Notes: generated from the sequence alone by a model not told the origin. Positions 37,997 through 48,856 are shown, counted from the first letter of the stretch. The stretch is 64,000 bases of DNA from Nitrospirota bacterium (GCA_029261215.1 JAJDBT010000032.1:4002-68001), one strand, 5' to 3'. Translations and numbers: made by a program.

Positions 37997-39265
37997 ATGA
38001 GTTCAAAACATCGTAAACTTTTTGTCGTAGAAGATGAGCCGGATATGGCTGGCCTGATCAGCGCCGCTGCTGAAATTGAGGGCTATGAAGTCGAAACCTT
38101 TCTGGAAGGGGACACCTTTAAAAAAAGCTATCATGCGGATGTCGCGCTGATACTGCTCGACCTCTCACTCCCACAAGTTGATGGCGTTGAGTTAATCCGA
38201 TTTTTATCGGATGTTCACCATCCCGGCCCCGTGATTCTAGCCAGCGGACTGGATGAAAGCATCCTGCTTTCTGCAGAAAAACTGGCACAGGAACAACAGC
38301 TGAACTGTTTAGGAATATTGAGGAAACCTTTTCGAATTCATTCGCTCCAATTATTACTCTCTCAGGCCAAAACTCAAGCGTCGGAGAGAAACCTGTCCCA
38401 ATCAAAAAACACTCCTCCCGAAAAGGAAAAACCACTCAGCCCACTCAAACCCCGCCCGGTGTTTGTCTATGATGACTTACTTCAAGGCATTCAGAAAGAC
38501 CAGTTTATTGTTTATTATCAACCCCAAATAGACGTTAAAGATCAAAGTATATTCGGTGCGGAAGGCCTTGTACGGTGGCTGCATCCCATGCATGGACTCA
38601 TTGCCCCGAACCATTTTATTCCCCTTATGGAAAAATATGACCTCATCGATGATCTGACATGGATTGTACTCAAACAAGCGATACAACAATGCCAGCGCTG
38701 GCTTGAGGGTCCACTTAAAATGAAAATCAGGGTCAGCGTAAATATTTCTGCAATTACGCTGAAATCGCTCGACCTCCCTGAACGGATAGATCAATTGACG
38801 CGGCAGTATAACGTTGACCCCACCCAGATCGTGCTCGAAATTACCGAGTCGGCCTTGACGCAAGAACTGGTCAAATCACTCGAAATTTTAACCCGGCTCC
38901 GAATCAAAAAATTCAATCTGTCCATTGATGATTTTGGCACAGGTTACTCCTCCATGGTCCAACTCCATCGTGTTCCTTTTTCCGAGATCAAGGTCGATCG
39001 TTCTTTCGTCATGCAAATGGAAAAAGATCATGAAGCGCAGGCCATCGTTGAAACCATTATCATGTTGGGACATAAACTGGGGATGACCGTCATTGCAGAA
39101 GGTGTAGAGACAGAAAAAGTCTTTAATCAACTTGGCCCGCTAGGATGCGACATCGCACAAGGATACCTCTTTGCCAAACCAATGCCCGGCGCGGCATTTG
39201 AAGAATGGCTTTCAGAGAATCATGCCTTAAAGACCACCCTGACAATGCCACATTTTATCAAATGA
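37997..39265 (+). CDS. Response regulator with an EAL (c-di-GMP phosphodiesterase) output domain
   Basis: REC domain (LFVVEDEPD, phospho-acceptor in LILLDLSLPQVDG), a linker, then an EAL domain (YYQPQ, EITES, DDFGTGYSS, EGVET). Confidence 0.88.
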   Translation: MSSKHRKLFVVEDEPDMAGLISAAAEIEGYEVETFLEGDTFKKSYHADVALILLDLSLPQVDGVELIRFLSDVHHPGPVILASGLDESILLSAEKLAQEQQLNCLGILRKPFRIHSLQLLLSQAKTQASERNLSQSKNTPPEKEKPLSPLKPRPVFVYDDLLQGIQKDQFIVYYQPQIDVKDQSIFGAEGLVRWLHPMHGLIAPNHFIPLMEKYDLIDDLTWIVLKQAIQQCQRWLEGPLKMKIRVSVNISAITLKSLDLPERIDQLTRQYNVDPTQIVLEITESALTQELVKSLEILTRLRIKKFNLSIDDFGTGYSSMVQLHRVPFSEIKVDRSFVMQMEKDHEAQAIVETIIMLGHKLGMTVIAEGVETEKVFNQLGPLGCDIAQGYLFAKPMPGAAFEEWLSENHALKTTLTMPHFIK

Positions 39266-40026
39266 ACGCATGTCCTAAAACATGGTTTATCATCATTTTA
39301 ACCCCTATATTCTTGTTGATTACGCCCATGACAAACCGCACCCTGGCCCAGGAAACACTGGTGCTCAATACCTCAATAACCTCTCCCTTGTCTAATGAAA
39401 CGCAGACGGGTTTTGTCGATTTAGTCGTGGGGGAGGCCCTGAAACAACTCGGCTATACCCTCAAATCCGTGCTGCTCCCCGCCGAAAGGGCGCTCATTAA
39501 TGCCAATGCGGGGATTGACGACGGCGAACTGCTCCGAATTGCCGGGCTTCAACAAATCTATACGAACCTCATTCAGGTTCCTGAAAAAATTATCGACATG
39601 GAATTTGTCGTCTTTACTCGTCATGCCTCATTTAAAGTTGAAGGATGGAACAGCCTCAAACCCTACGCAGTAGCTTTTAATACAGGTTGGAAAATTTTAG
39701 AACGCAATGTTCCCGATACCCTTGAAAAAACGTTGCTCAACAATGAGTACCAGCTGTTTTCAGTGCTGATGAAAGACCGAACAGATGTCATTATTTATTC
39801 CCGTTGGCTCGGTTTGGGATATATCCAACAAGCGCACTTGCAGGGCGTCAAAATGCTTCTCCCTCCCCTGGCCCGACGGGGAATGTATGTTTATCTCCAT
39901 AAAAAACATGCGCGCCTCGTAACAAAGCTTGCGGAAGCCCTGCGTGAGATGAAAACCAATGGACGATATCAGGCGATTTTCAAAGAAGTCCTGGGTCCAT
40001 ATTGCGAGGAAAGCCATCCATGCTGA
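39262..40026 (+). CDS. Periplasmic solute-binding-protein-like protein (family 3 fold)
   Basis: Signal peptide MNACPKTWFIIILTPIFLLITPMTNRTLAQE and a type-2 PBP-like sequence of about 230 aa. The ATG overlaps the upstream stop (ATGA); the track start at 39205 lies inside the EAL gene. Confidence 0.65.
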   Translation: MNACPKTWFIIILTPIFLLITPMTNRTLAQETLVLNTSITSPLSNETQTGFVDLVVGEALKQLGYTLKSVLLPAERALINANAGIDDGELLRIAGLQQIYTNLIQVPEKIIDMEFVVFTRHASFKVEGWNSLKPYAVAFNTGWKILERNVPDTLEKTLLNNEYQLFSVLMKDRTDVIIYSRWLGLGYIQQAHLQGVKMLLPPLARRGMYVYLHKKHARLVTKLAEALREMKTNGRYQAIFKEVLGPYCEESHPC

Positions 40027-43000
40027 ATTTGAACTCCCAAACTTTTAAGTCAGGCATCGCCCGAAAACTGACGATTTATACCGTACTCTTCAGTTCACTC
40101 ATTACCTTGCTCATCACAGCCATGCAGCTTTATCGGACATACGATGAAGACATCGCTTTAATACAATCGTCCCTGAAAGACATCGAACAGATTCATCTGA
40201 AAAGCTTGATTTCCGATCTCTGGGCCACAGACTCGGAACAACTGCAAACCCATCTGGAAGGGGTATCCAATATCCGGGATATTCAGTTTTTGGAAGTACG
40301 CGATCACGAAAAAATCTGGGTTTCCATCGGCTCGAAAACATCAGAAAAAGCCATTATGCGTCAGTACCCCATGATTTATACCCACCGGGGAAAGCCCCTC
40401 GAAATCGGTACACTCACCATCGTCGCCAGCTTGAGCGGGGTTTATCAACGCCTCATTGAGCAGACGGGCATTGTTCTCATTCACAATGGCATCAAAACCT
40501 TTCTTGTGACCGGCTTTATTCTGATGATGTTTCATCTCATGATCACCCAACATCTGATCAAAATATCCGATTTTGCAAGAGCCTTGCATATTGACCAACT
40601 CGATCGGCCTTTTAACCTCAGTCGAAAAACAGACGAAAACCACAAAACAGATGAGTTAGACCTTGTTGTCAGCGCCATCCAGCAAATGCAGTTAAATCTT
40701 AAAAAATCCTTTAAGGCCCTTGAAGACAGCGATCAGCGTTTTCAGACGCTGGCCAAAGTGGCTCCCGTTGGTATTTTTCAGACCGATGCCACTGGCAACT
40801 GCACCTACGTCAACGAACGATGGATTGAGTTGGCCGACTATCAAAGCCCCAAGGAAGCCTATGGGGATGGATGGGTACATGCCCTGCATCCGGAAGATCG
40901 CAAACACGTCTTCAACGCATGGTATCAAGCCGCAATAAACAACACCCCGTTTAAGCTGGAATGCCGTTTCCAGCGCCCCGATGGGAGTGTTAGCTGGATA
41001 CTGGCTTCGGCTGAAGCGGAGATCAATAAACACGGCGAAGTCACGGGCTATGTCGGCGCTGTGACCGACATCAGCCAGCAAAAAGAAACCGAAGCCGTCG
41101 TCCATCACATTGCAACGGGCGTTTCTGCAAAAACGGGCGACGCATTTTTTAAATCCCTCGTCATCCACCTCTGTAAACTCTTTAAGGCAGACCATGTCCT
41201 GATCGGTCTGTTTGAAAATGCTAAAACCCAAAGCATTCAAACCGTGGCTCTCTGTGAACGGGGAGAAATAAAAGAGAATATTCAATATGCATTGGCAGGA
41301 ACACCTTGTGAAGAGACACTCCAAAGGACAAGCTGTTATTACGTAGAAAAGGTTCAGGAACATTTTCCGCAAGACCACTATTTACAGGAAGTCGGAGCGG
41401 AAGGATATATTGGCGTGCCGCTTTTTTACACAAATGGGAATCCCATGGGGATCATTGTCGTCGTCAGCTGCTCCCCCATGGAAAAAGTTTCCCAACAGAC
41501 CGATATCCTCGAAATTTTTGCCATTCGAACCTCCGCTGAAATCGAAAGACTCCATACCGAAAAAAACTTTAACGAATCACAGCAAAGACTTCTTCTTCAC
41601 CGCGAACAAGCGCCTTTAGGCATCATTGAATGGACCGCTGATTTCAAAGTGGTGGACTGGAACCCTGCCGCAGAAACCATCTTTGGCTATGCACAGGAAG
41701 AAGTCATTGGAAAACATGGGCTCGATTTGCTCATCCCTGAGTCTCGTCGCAAAAAGGTGATGGCGGCCTGGCAGCATTTTATAAAACACAAGACCTATGA
41801 ACAACATGAGGGTGAAAATAGAACAAAATCAGGCGAACTACGTATCTGTGAATGGTACAACACTCCCTTGGTCAATACGAAAGGGGAAGTCATTGGCATT
41901 ACAACTCTGGTCAAAGACATTACAGAACAACAAAGAATCGAACAGACATTGCAGCGCTCTCTCAAAATGAAGGCCATCGGGCAGCTCGCTGGGGGAATTG
42001 CTCACGATTTTAACAATCAACTTGGGATCATCATTGGCTATCTGGATCTACTCAGTCATCATTTCAGTAAGGAAGAGCAATCTTCCCAATGGCTAAAAAT
42101 CGCGACAAACGCGACTCTGCACTGCTCAGACCTTACTCAGCAATTACTGAGCTTTTCCCGTCGCCAAAGAAAAGGCACCCGTTTTGTGGACCTCAATGCC
42201 TCCATTACCCATATCAATGCCATGATTGCGCATTCTCTCACGCCTGCAATCCAGGTCAACTATGCCCTCACCGATGCGCTCTGGCCAACGATGCTCGACC
42301 TCGCCGAGTTTCAGGATGCACTGCTCAACCTGATCATCAACGCACGGGATGCAATGCCTGGAGGAGGCACGCTCCTTATCGAAACATCCAACATATTCCT
42401 TGACCAGCAATATTGTACATTCAATCCCGGATTGTTCCCCGGAGACTATGTCCAATTGAAAGTGAGTGACACCGGCATCGGGATGAGCAAAGAGGTGCTT
42501 GCCCGTACCTCCGAACCCTTTTTTAGCACAAAACCCGAAGGAGAAGGCACAGGATTGGGGCTAACAATGGTCTTTGGTTTTGTGAAACGCTACCGAGGCT
42601 ATATTAAAATCGTTTCAGAACCGCTCATCGGAACAACGGTTCTGATGTATTTCCCACGACAATTTGAAAAAAGTCCGACAAACACCATCGAAGACACCCT
42701 TCAAATATCCATGCCCGCAGGCCATGAATCGATTCTGGTTGTGGATGACGAAGCAGATCAATTGACTTTAGCCCACCTCTACCTTTCCAAGCTTGGCTAT
42801 CAGGTCTCACTCGCAGAAAATGGTCCGGAGGCTTTGAACATTCTGAGGGAAGATGAATCTATTGATCTTTTGTTTAGCGACATCGTCATGCCAGGCGGCA
42901 TCGACGGAGATGAACTGGCCCAGGAAGCCCTGAAACTGCACCCGAAGCTCAAAGTCCTTTTGACTTCGGGCTTAAACCAGAACCCCTTAAAAAAGAGAGA

Positions 43001-43106
43001 ACATCCCGGCCATTCATCGGATGTCCTCTACAAGCCATACAGGAAAGATGAACTGGCTCAGAGGATTCGGAATCTGCTGGATGAAAAAGAACACGTCAAT
43101 ACATGA
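40020..43106 (+). CDS. Hybrid sensor histidine kinase (2 TM plus periplasmic domain, HAMP, PAS, GAF, PAS, HisKA, HATPase, REC)
   Basis: H-box AGGIAHDFNNQLGII, N/G boxes (NLIINARDAM, GTGLGLTMV) and a C-terminal REC (ILVVDDEADQ...LLFSDIVMPG). The start ATG 40020 overlaps the upstream stop. Confidence 0.88.
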   Translation: MLNLNSQTFKSGIARKLTIYTVLFSSLITLLITAMQLYRTYDEDIALIQSSLKDIEQIHLKSLISDLWATDSEQLQTHLEGVSNIRDIQFLEVRDHEKIWVSIGSKTSEKAIMRQYPMIYTHRGKPLEIGTLTIVASLSGVYQRLIEQTGIVLIHNGIKTFLVTGFILMMFHLMITQHLIKISDFARALHIDQLDRPFNLSRKTDENHKTDELDLVVSAIQQMQLNLKKSFKALEDSDQRFQTLAKVAPVGIFQTDATGNCTYVNERWIELADYQSPKEAYGDGWVHALHPEDRKHVFNAWYQAAINNTPFKLECRFQRPDGSVSWILASAEAEINKHGEVTGYVGAVTDISQQKETEAVVHHIATGVSAKTGDAFFKSLVIHLCKLFKADHVLIGLFENAKTQSIQTVALCERGEIKENIQYALAGTPCEETLQRTSCYYVEKVQEHFPQDHYLQEVGAEGYIGVPLFYTNGNPMGIIVVVSCSPMEKVSQQTDILEIFAIRTSAEIERLHTEKNFNESQQRLLLHREQAPLGIIEWTADFKVVDWNPAAETIFGYAQEEVIGKHGLDLLIPESRRKKVMAAWQHFIKHKTYEQHEGENRTKSGELRICEWYNTPLVNTKGEVIGITTLVKDITEQQRIEQTLQRSLKMKAIGQLAGGIAHDFNNQLGIIIGYLDLLSHHFSKEEQSSQWLKIATNATLHCSDLTQQLLSFSRRQRKGTRFVDLNASITHINAMIAHSLTPAIQVNYALTDALWPTMLDLAEFQDALLNLIINARDAMPGGGTLLIETSNIFLDQQYCTFNPGLFPGDYVQLKVSDTGIGMSKEVLARTSEPFFSTKPEGEGTGLGLTMVFGFVKRYRGYIKIVSEPLIGTTVLMYFPRQFEKSPTNTIEDTLQISMPAGHESILVVDDEADQLTLAHLYLSKLGYQVSLAENGPEALNILREDESIDLLFSDIVMPGGIDGDELAQEALKLHPKLKVLLTSGLNQNPLKKREHPGHSSDVLYKPYRKDELAQRIRNLLDEKEHVNT

Positions 43107-43182
43107 ATTACGGCAGGCATAAGCGTTTGGGAGAAACGCGACTTATCATGAAAGCGCTTCAAAATGGGCTTATCTAAACCCG

Positions 43183-43860
43183 CTAAAGCAACTCTTCCTT
43201 AATCAGAATAGACGATTTTCCTTTCAGTGAAAGGACGTAGGCTTTCGCCGCCCGTTCCCTTTTCTGACTTAAACGCGCTTCAACGCTGCGGCTGGGGTCC
43301 GGTATCTCAGGATCGCTTTCTGCTGCATCCTTTATTTCAGCCGGGGTGAGTGAAACACCATTCTTGATAATGCCCTGAACCTTCTTGATTAACAGCGCTT
43401 CACGCTGTTTGGCCTCAAAGCTTTTCGGGGTAAATTGTTCACGGGATAAAATGCGCTGGTAGAGTGCAGGGTCAAATTTTCCATCGGTGTGAAATGCCTC
43501 CAAGGCCACAACTGAGCCTCTCAAAGTATCATCACTCACCGCAAGCGACATGCGACGCGCCTCCTGAAGCCATAGTTTCTGTTCAACCAAGGCTTCAACC
43601 ACCCGTTGACGCAAGGCCGCATCGTCATAATCGTCCTGAAAAAGCTCACGGTAAAAACGGGATTCATTTCGGTATGCCCGTTTGTACTCATCAATCGTGA
43701 TGCGCTCCTCACCCACCTGTACAATGGTATTGTCTACGCGTTCATCACCTCCGAAACCCCACCATCCCATTGAAACGGCAAAAACGGCCGCAATACCCAG
43801 CATGATGATACGAAAAAACCAGGGGTTATCAATGGCCCCTTCCCGAATATTCTTAAGCAC
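43183..43860 (-). CDS. SurA N-terminal-domain / PpiD-like periplasmic chaperone (short form)
   Basis: (M)LKNIREGAIDNPWFFRIIMLGIAAVF membrane anchor followed by a SurA_N-like helical domain. The start is set at GTG 43860, which has a perfect AGGAGG SD 5 nt upstream; the track extends to 43914. Confidence 0.65.
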   Translation of the reverse strand: MLKNIREGAIDNPWFFRIIMLGIAAVFAVSMGWWGFGGDERVDNTIVQVGEERITIDEYKRAYRNESRFYRELFQDDYDDAALRQRVVEALVEQKLWLQEARRMSLAVSDDTLRGSVVALEAFHTDGKFDPALYQRILSREQFTPKSFEAKQREALLIKKVQGIIKNGVSLTPAEIKDAAESDPEIPDPSRSVEARLSQKRERAAKAYVLSLKGKSSILIKEELL

Positions 43861-43931
43861 AGAACCCTCCTTAAAAACCTTGCACAGCCTAGCATTCGCC
43901 CCGTAAAAAATCAATCTTCATGACGCAGCGA

Positions 43932-44528
43932 TTAGCGACATCGTGTCAATCGATTTTCATCGGTGTGATGAAACAATTCCTTTTTTCCAAACACTTTGAG
44001 CACCGTGTCTTCCGCGTAACTAAAACTGCCGTCTTCGTGCAGGGTGATTCTTAAATCATATCGCACCGTCTTAAACGCGTCATTCAAAAACGGATTTGAA
44101 AGAATGCCATAAATCTCTGACCCCGCTTCTGCCGACATTTCGAGACTGGTCGAGTGCGAATCCGCAGTCCCCCCGGCATTCACCAAAACACCCCTCGGCA
44201 CGATAAAACATCGCATCACCTGCTGTTCCTTGGCATCCCACAACCAATACCCTACTTCTTCATGAAAGGGCTTGTCCTGATCCAACGGCCAGGCGGTCGT
44301 CATGTATTTTAAACCATACAACACTTGAGGCCCATTCACGACCGGCCCCAGCGGGTCAAGCGTCATGCGTTCCCGATAAGGCGTCTCGACGGGGCCATTT
44401 TTAGATAAGGACACATCAATCCCCTGATCTCCTTCCCAGGTGCCTGCCAAAGAAGAAAAAGGGCCCAGGTTTTTAAGAATGTTTTCATCAATCACTGCCG
44501 GTTTGTCAAACACATCCACTTTATGCAC
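43932..44528 (-). CDS. Nitrobindin/FABP-like beta-barrel (DUF1794-type haem-binding) protein
   Basis: LAGTWEGDQG..., HEEVGYWLW and C-terminal LFHHTDENRL match the pattern of nitrobindin-like lipocalin-fold proteins as I recall it. Confidence 0.5.
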   Translation of the reverse strand: MHKVDVFDKPAVIDENILKNLGPFSSLAGTWEGDQGIDVSLSKNGPVETPYRERMTLDPLGPVVNGPQVLYGLKYMTTAWPLDQDKPFHEEVGYWLWDAKEQQVMRCFIVPRGVLVNAGGTADSHSTSLEMSAEAGSEIYGILSNPFLNDAFKTVRYDLRITLHEDGSFSYAEDTVLKVFGKKELFHHTDENRLTRCR

Positions 44529-44552
44529 CTCCTTTTTCTTCTGCCTGAGGGT

Positions 44553-45440
44553 TCACTTCGATTTTCTGGGGTGAGATTCATCATACACTTGCATTAAATG
44601 GTCGATTTGAAGGTGGGTATAACGCTGTGTAGTCGATAAACTCACATGGCCCAAAAGCTCCTGTACCGCACGCAAATCTGCGCCGCCTTCGAGCAGATGG
44701 GTGGCATAGGTATGACGCAAGGAATGAGGACTCGCACCCGGTTGATCAATTTGAGCAAGATATTTTTTAACAATCCGGCTGACGCTTCGATCGGTCAAGC
44801 GTCCTCCCCGGTGGTTTAAAAATACGCCTTTTCCTGTAAAAGGACGCGCTTTGAGATAGACCTGCATCGCTTCAATCGCTCGGGTGCCAATCGGGACAAT
44901 CCGCTCTTTTCGCCCTTTCCCGTAAACCCGCAGTGTGCCTGAATCCCAGTAAAGATCCCTTTCGTCCAATCCCACGAGTTCAGAAAGACGAATCCCCGTC
45001 GAATAAAATGTTTCGAGAATCGCCCGGTCCCTCAAAATCATCCAGCCCTCCCCTTTCGGCAAGACCACCAGGTTGCACGCCTGATCCACGGTCAAACAAC
45101 TGGGCAGCGGCTTTTCCTGCTTTGGACTGGCCACCTGCTTTGCGGGATTGAATGCAATAACACCTCTTTCTAGTAAGAACTCAAAAAAAGAACGGAGTAC
45201 GGTCAGCTTCCGCGCAACAGTCACTTTTCGGAGCCCTTTTTGACGAAGCGCCGCCAAAAAACCCCGAATCGTTAAATAGTCAATCCGCGCGGGGTCAAAG
45301 TCCGCAGGGCTGCAGAATGATTTTGAAACCAGGTAGGCCCGAAAGTGAGTCAGATCGGAAAGATAGGAGCGAAGCGTATGGGGAGAAACGTTTCGTTCTA
45401 CCGCGAGATATCGTCCAAAATCCTGTATTGAGTCATCCAT
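44553..45440 (-). CDS. xerC: Tyrosine recombinase XerC/XerD family
   Basis: N-terminal SAM-like domain (FGRYLAVERNVSPHTLRSY) and catalytic R..HxxR..Y (ARPF..RLSE; HSLRHTYATHLL; LGHVSLSTTQRYTH). It follows trmFO, matching the gid-codV synteny of other bacteria. Confidence 0.85.
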   Translation of the reverse strand: MDDSIQDFGRYLAVERNVSPHTLRSYLSDLTHFRAYLVSKSFCSPADFDPARIDYLTIRGFLAALRQKGLRKVTVARKLTVLRSFFEFLLERGVIAFNPAKQVASPKQEKPLPSCLTVDQACNLVVLPKGEGWMILRDRAILETFYSTGIRLSELVGLDERDLYWDSGTLRVYGKGRKERIVPIGTRAIEAMQVYLKARPFTGKGVFLNHRGGRLTDRSVSRIVKKYLAQIDQPGASPHSLRHTYATHLLEGGADLRAVQELLGHVSLSTTQRYTHLQIDHLMQVYDESHPRKSK

Positions 45441-46777
45441 AAGTTGAGATCATCCAATGCACGGTCCACGATTTTTTGATACCGGTCGGCTTTTTTCATC
45501 TTTCGACGGCCTTTTTGAGGGGTTTCTACCGGCGGGAAGAGACCAAAATTCGTGTTAATCGGTTGAAAAAATGAGGGATCGCTTTTTGTAATATATTGAA
45601 TGAGCGCACCATGAGCAGTCGTTTCAGGCGGAACCGCTGGCGCTTCCCCCGAGAGCAATCTGGCCGCATTCATGCCCGCAAGATAGCCCATCGCCGAGGA
45701 TTCAACATAACCCTCCACGCCCACAATCTGTCCGGCCAAAAAAAGGCCGGGTCGGGTGCGAAGCTGCAAAGTTTCGGACAAAAGGCGCGGTGAATTTAAA
45801 AAGGTATTGCGATGAAGACTGCCCAGTCTCAAAAAGGAAACCTCCTCCAAACCCGGAATCAGTTTAAAAATACGGCGCTGTTCAGGCCAGGTCATCTTAG
45901 TCTGAAATCCAACCAGGCTATATGAGGTGCCATAACGGTTTTCCGCTCGAAGCTGCACAACCGCAAAGGGCTGTTTTCCCGTGCGCGGGTCTACCAGGCC
46001 GACGGGTTTCATCGGGCCAAACAAAGGCGTTTTTTTGCCGCGCTCCGCGAGCACCTCAATCGGCAAACAACCTTCAAAATAATTTATCTTTTCAAAAGAC
46101 TTGGCCTTCACCCGCTCGCCACCCATCAATGCTTCGTAAAAAAGGTCGTATTGCGCTTCATCCATCGGGCAATTGAGGTAATCATCGCCTCCTTTCCCAT
46201 AACGGGAAGCCCGAAAAACAACGTCCATATTGATGCTGTCCGCTTCGACAATGGGTGAAATGGCGTCATAAAAATAAAGGTGCTCTTGTGCCGCTGCATG
46301 TTTAATCGATTCGGTCAAAGCTTCCGAAGTGAGCGGACCGGATGAAACCACTGCGGTAGTGCCTTCTGCCGGGATTTCTTTGACTTCTTCATGAAGTACC
46401 GTAATATTCGGGTGGGTCTTGATCGCCTCTGAGATGGCTTTTGAAAACTGATCCCGATCTACGGCAAGCGCACCACCCGCAGGCACAGATGACGCCTCGG
46501 CTTTTTCGATAATAATCGAACCCAGACGCCGCATTTCTTCTTTCAGGAGACCGGGGGCACTCACCGGATTCAACGATCCAAGCGAGTTGCTGCACACCAG
46601 CTCGGCGAGATGTCCTGTTTCGTGGGCGGGGGTCAATTTCACAGGCCGCATTTCGTAAAGTGTGACTTGCACTCCGCGTGAAGCGGCCTGCCACGCCGCT
46701 TCCGAGCCCGCGAGGCCGCCGCCAATCACGATGAGTTTTTTTTCTGAGTTTTTTTCCGGTGTGCTCATAAGTTCCAC
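45398..46777 (-). CDS. trmFO: Methylenetetrahydrofolate--tRNA-(uracil54-C5)-methyltransferase TrmFO
   Basis: FAD site VIGGGLAGSEAAWQAA and the LAELVCSNS motif with catalytic Cys; length is about 440-460 aa. Confidence 0.9.
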   Translation of the reverse strand: MELMSTPEKNSEKKLIVIGGGLAGSEAAWQAASRGVQVTLYEMRPVKLTPAHETGHLAELVCSNSLGSLNPVSAPGLLKEEMRRLGSIIIEKAEASSVPAGGALAVDRDQFSKAISEAIKTHPNITVLHEEVKEIPAEGTTAVVSSGPLTSEALTESIKHAAAQEHLYFYDAISPIVEADSINMDVVFRASRYGKGGDDYLNCPMDEAQYDLFYEALMGGERVKAKSFEKINYFEGCLPIEVLAERGKKTPLFGPMKPVGLVDPRTGKQPFAVVQLRAENRYGTSYSLVGFQTKMTWPEQRRIFKLIPGLEEVSFLRLGSLHRNTFLNSPRLLSETLQLRTRPGLFLAGQIVGVEGYVESSAMGYLAGMNAARLLSGEAPAVPPETTAHGALIQYITKSDPSFFQPINTNFGLFPPVETPQKGRRKMKKADRYQKIVDRALDDLNLWMTQYRILDDISR

Positions 46778-46780
46778 TTT

Positions 46781-47590
46781 CTATTCATACCCTTCCTCTT
46801 CCGTTGGAAATTTCCCGGAAAGGACATCAGATTTATAACGTGTAAACGCATCCGAAGCGATCGCGGTCAAATCCGCATAACGCCGGACAAACTTTGGATG
46901 AAAACGGGTAAACAAACCCAGCAAGTCATGCATCACCAGCACTTGTCCGTCACAATGTGGACCAGCTCCAATTCCGATGGTCGGAATTTCAAGAGCATTT
47001 GTGATTTCAGCGGCGAGGGTATTCGGGATGCCCTCCAAAACGATCGAAAATGCACCGGCCGATTCAAGTGATTTTGCATCATTCAACAATTGTTTAGCCA
47101 TTTCACTTTCCCGTCCTTGTACTTTGTACCCCCCCATACGATGGACAGATTGTGGGGTGAGGCCAATGTGTGCCATTACGGGAATATCATAACGGCTTAG
47201 GGCTTCCACACGGTCCACGACCGCAGCGCCACCCTCGAATTTGACGGCGGCTGCACGACCTTCCTGCACAAAGCGCCCTGCATTCTTAATCGTTTCTTCC
47301 ACACTACTTTGATAGGACATAAAGGGCATATCGGCCACGACCAGCGCATGTTTTGCCGCGCGGGTCACCATTTGGGTATGGTACAGCATTTGATCCATCG
47401 TCACGGGCAGAGTACTCTCTTCCCCCTGAACAACGATGCCAAGCGTATCGCCGACTAAAATAACATCCATCCCCGCTTCATCAATCAATTTTGCGAAGGG
47501 ATAATCATAGGCCGTCAATACGGTAATCTTTTCACCCTCTGCCTTTTTTTTTCGTAATACGGGAACCGTGATTCTGCTATTAGCCATCAC
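46781..47590 (-). CDS. panB: 3-methyl-2-oxobutanoate hydroxymethyltransferase
   Basis: [30 protein letters not shown] and GGYKVQGR are canonical PanB sequences. Confidence 0.93.
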   Translation of the reverse strand: MMANSRITVPVLRKKKAEGEKITVLTAYDYPFAKLIDEAGMDVILVGDTLGIVVQGEESTLPVTMDQMLYHTQMVTRAAKHALVVADMPFMSYQSSVEETIKNAGRFVQEGRAAAVKFEGGAAVVDRVEALSRYDIPVMAHIGLTPQSVHRMGGYKVQGRESEMAKQLLNDAKSLESAGAFSIVLEGIPNTLAAEITNALEIPTIGIGAGPHCDGQVLVMHDLLGLFTRFHPKFVRRYADLTAIASDAFTRYKSDVLSGKFPTEEEGYE

Positions 47591-48537
47591 ACCCTCTCCT
47601 CTACAGACTGAGGTGAATCAACACGACAGGGGTAAAGTCCGGCTTCATCCAGAATAACAGGAATCTGGCTTTCAGCCCCAATGGCCATAATGTGTACGCC
47701 GTCACACAAGTTACGGATGGCTTCAATCGTGGCGACCGCAATCTCGATTCCCGCTTCAAGACCGCCATCCTTTCCGGCTTTGGCCAGTTTGTGAATGAGC
47801 GGATCCGGCACACGAATACCGGGAATATGACGCGAAACATAGCTTGCCATTTTATCCGACCGCAAGAGCAAAATCCCTGCGATGATTTTCACATCAAATT
47901 GTCGTGCAAAATCCATGAAGTATTTGAATTGATCGGGATTAAAGACAGCCTGCGTTTGAAAAAACCGGGCACCGGCCATCACCTTTTTCTGAAACTTGAT
48001 GAGCAGGGCTTCAAGTGAGTCGCTTTCAGGAATGGCAACTGCACCGGGGAAAAGCGTCGTTTTTCCTTTCAACTCGTTATCCACCATGTCCCGCCCTGCA
48101 TTCAGATCCGCCAAGACTTTAAGGATTTGGACTGATTCCAAATCAAACACGGGTTTGGTTTCGACCTGATTGCCAACCGTGACATAATCTCCGGTAAGAC
48201 ACAGGACATTTCGAATACCCAAAATATGCGCGCCCAATAAATCGGATTGAATCGCGAGCCGGTTACGATCTCGTCCCGTAACCTGAAAAACCGGGTCATG
48301 CCCCAGATCGAGCAGGATTTTACTCATCGCCAGGGAACTGGCCCGCATAATCGCAGCTTGATTGTCTGTTACATTCAAGGCATGAACACGGCCCAGCAAT
48401 TTTTTAGCCCGATCACAAAAGGGGCCGATATCACTCCCTTTCGGGGGTGCGGCCTCTGCCGTCAGAATAAACTCCCCGGATTCGCACGCGTCTTGCAGCG
48501 TTTTCACAACAGGTCTATGTGTCAAGTCGGTCTTCAT
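47587..48537 (-). CDS. metF: Methylenetetrahydrofolate reductase (MetF, the type that partners with MetV)
   Basis: MTHFR TIM-barrel pattern ([30 protein letters not shown]). A MetV-type zinc-ribbon gene lies directly upstream. Confidence 0.8.
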   Translation of the reverse strand: MKTDLTHRPVVKTLQDACESGEFILTAEAAPPKGSDIGPFCDRAKKLLGRVHALNVTDNQAAIMRASSLAMSKILLDLGHDPVFQVTGRDRNRLAIQSDLLGAHILGIRNVLCLTGDYVTVGNQVETKPVFDLESVQILKVLADLNAGRDMVDNELKGKTTLFPGAVAIPESDSLEALLIKFQKKVMAGARFFQTQAVFNPDQFKYFMDFARQFDVKIIAGILLLRSDKMASYVSRHIPGIRVPDPLIHKLAKAGKDGGLEAGIEIAVATIEAIRNLCDGVHIMAIGAESQIPVILDEAGLYPCRVDSPQSVEERV

Positions 48538-48544
48538 CGTGTTG

Positions 48545-48856
48545 TTATGAGGATTGATCTCTATTTTTAATCAAGTCCGCATAAAAGTTCGTACTGCGCG
48601 GGGCCTGGATTTGAAGCATTTTATCAAGCTCGTTATTTTTTTTCATTTCATCGTAAATTTTAACCCAAACACAGTCAAAGGCTTCAATCACTTCGCATTT
48701 TCCGCCGGCCCTAATCCCCCCGCAGGGGCCGTTGACCAATTCTTTGGGACATCCGACAATCGGGCAGATTCCGCCCGTCTGTTCACAAAGATGGTTGTGT
48801 GTGCAATTGGGAAATTTATAAGGCATCGCAAGCGGGCTTTTAGCCCTGTCCTTCAC
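48545..48856 (-). CDS. metV: Methylenetetrahydrofolate reductase C-terminal-domain protein (MetV-like zinc ribbon)
   Basis: [21 protein letters not shown] is the signature of the MTHFR_C/MetV family as I recall it. Confidence 0.7.
   Translation of the reverse strand: MKDRAKSPLAMPYKFPNCTHNHLCEQTGGICPIVGCPKELVNGPCGGIRAGGKCEVIEAFDCVWVKIYDEMKKNNELDKMLQIQAPRSTNFYADLIKNRDQSS

Noticed and set aside
44553-45440. Tyrosine recombinase as a marker of an integrated mobile element
   Set aside because: The sequence and its position directly after trmFO fit the chromosomal XerC/CodV dimer-resolution recombinase. No flanking tRNA, direct repeats, phage or transposon genes are present.
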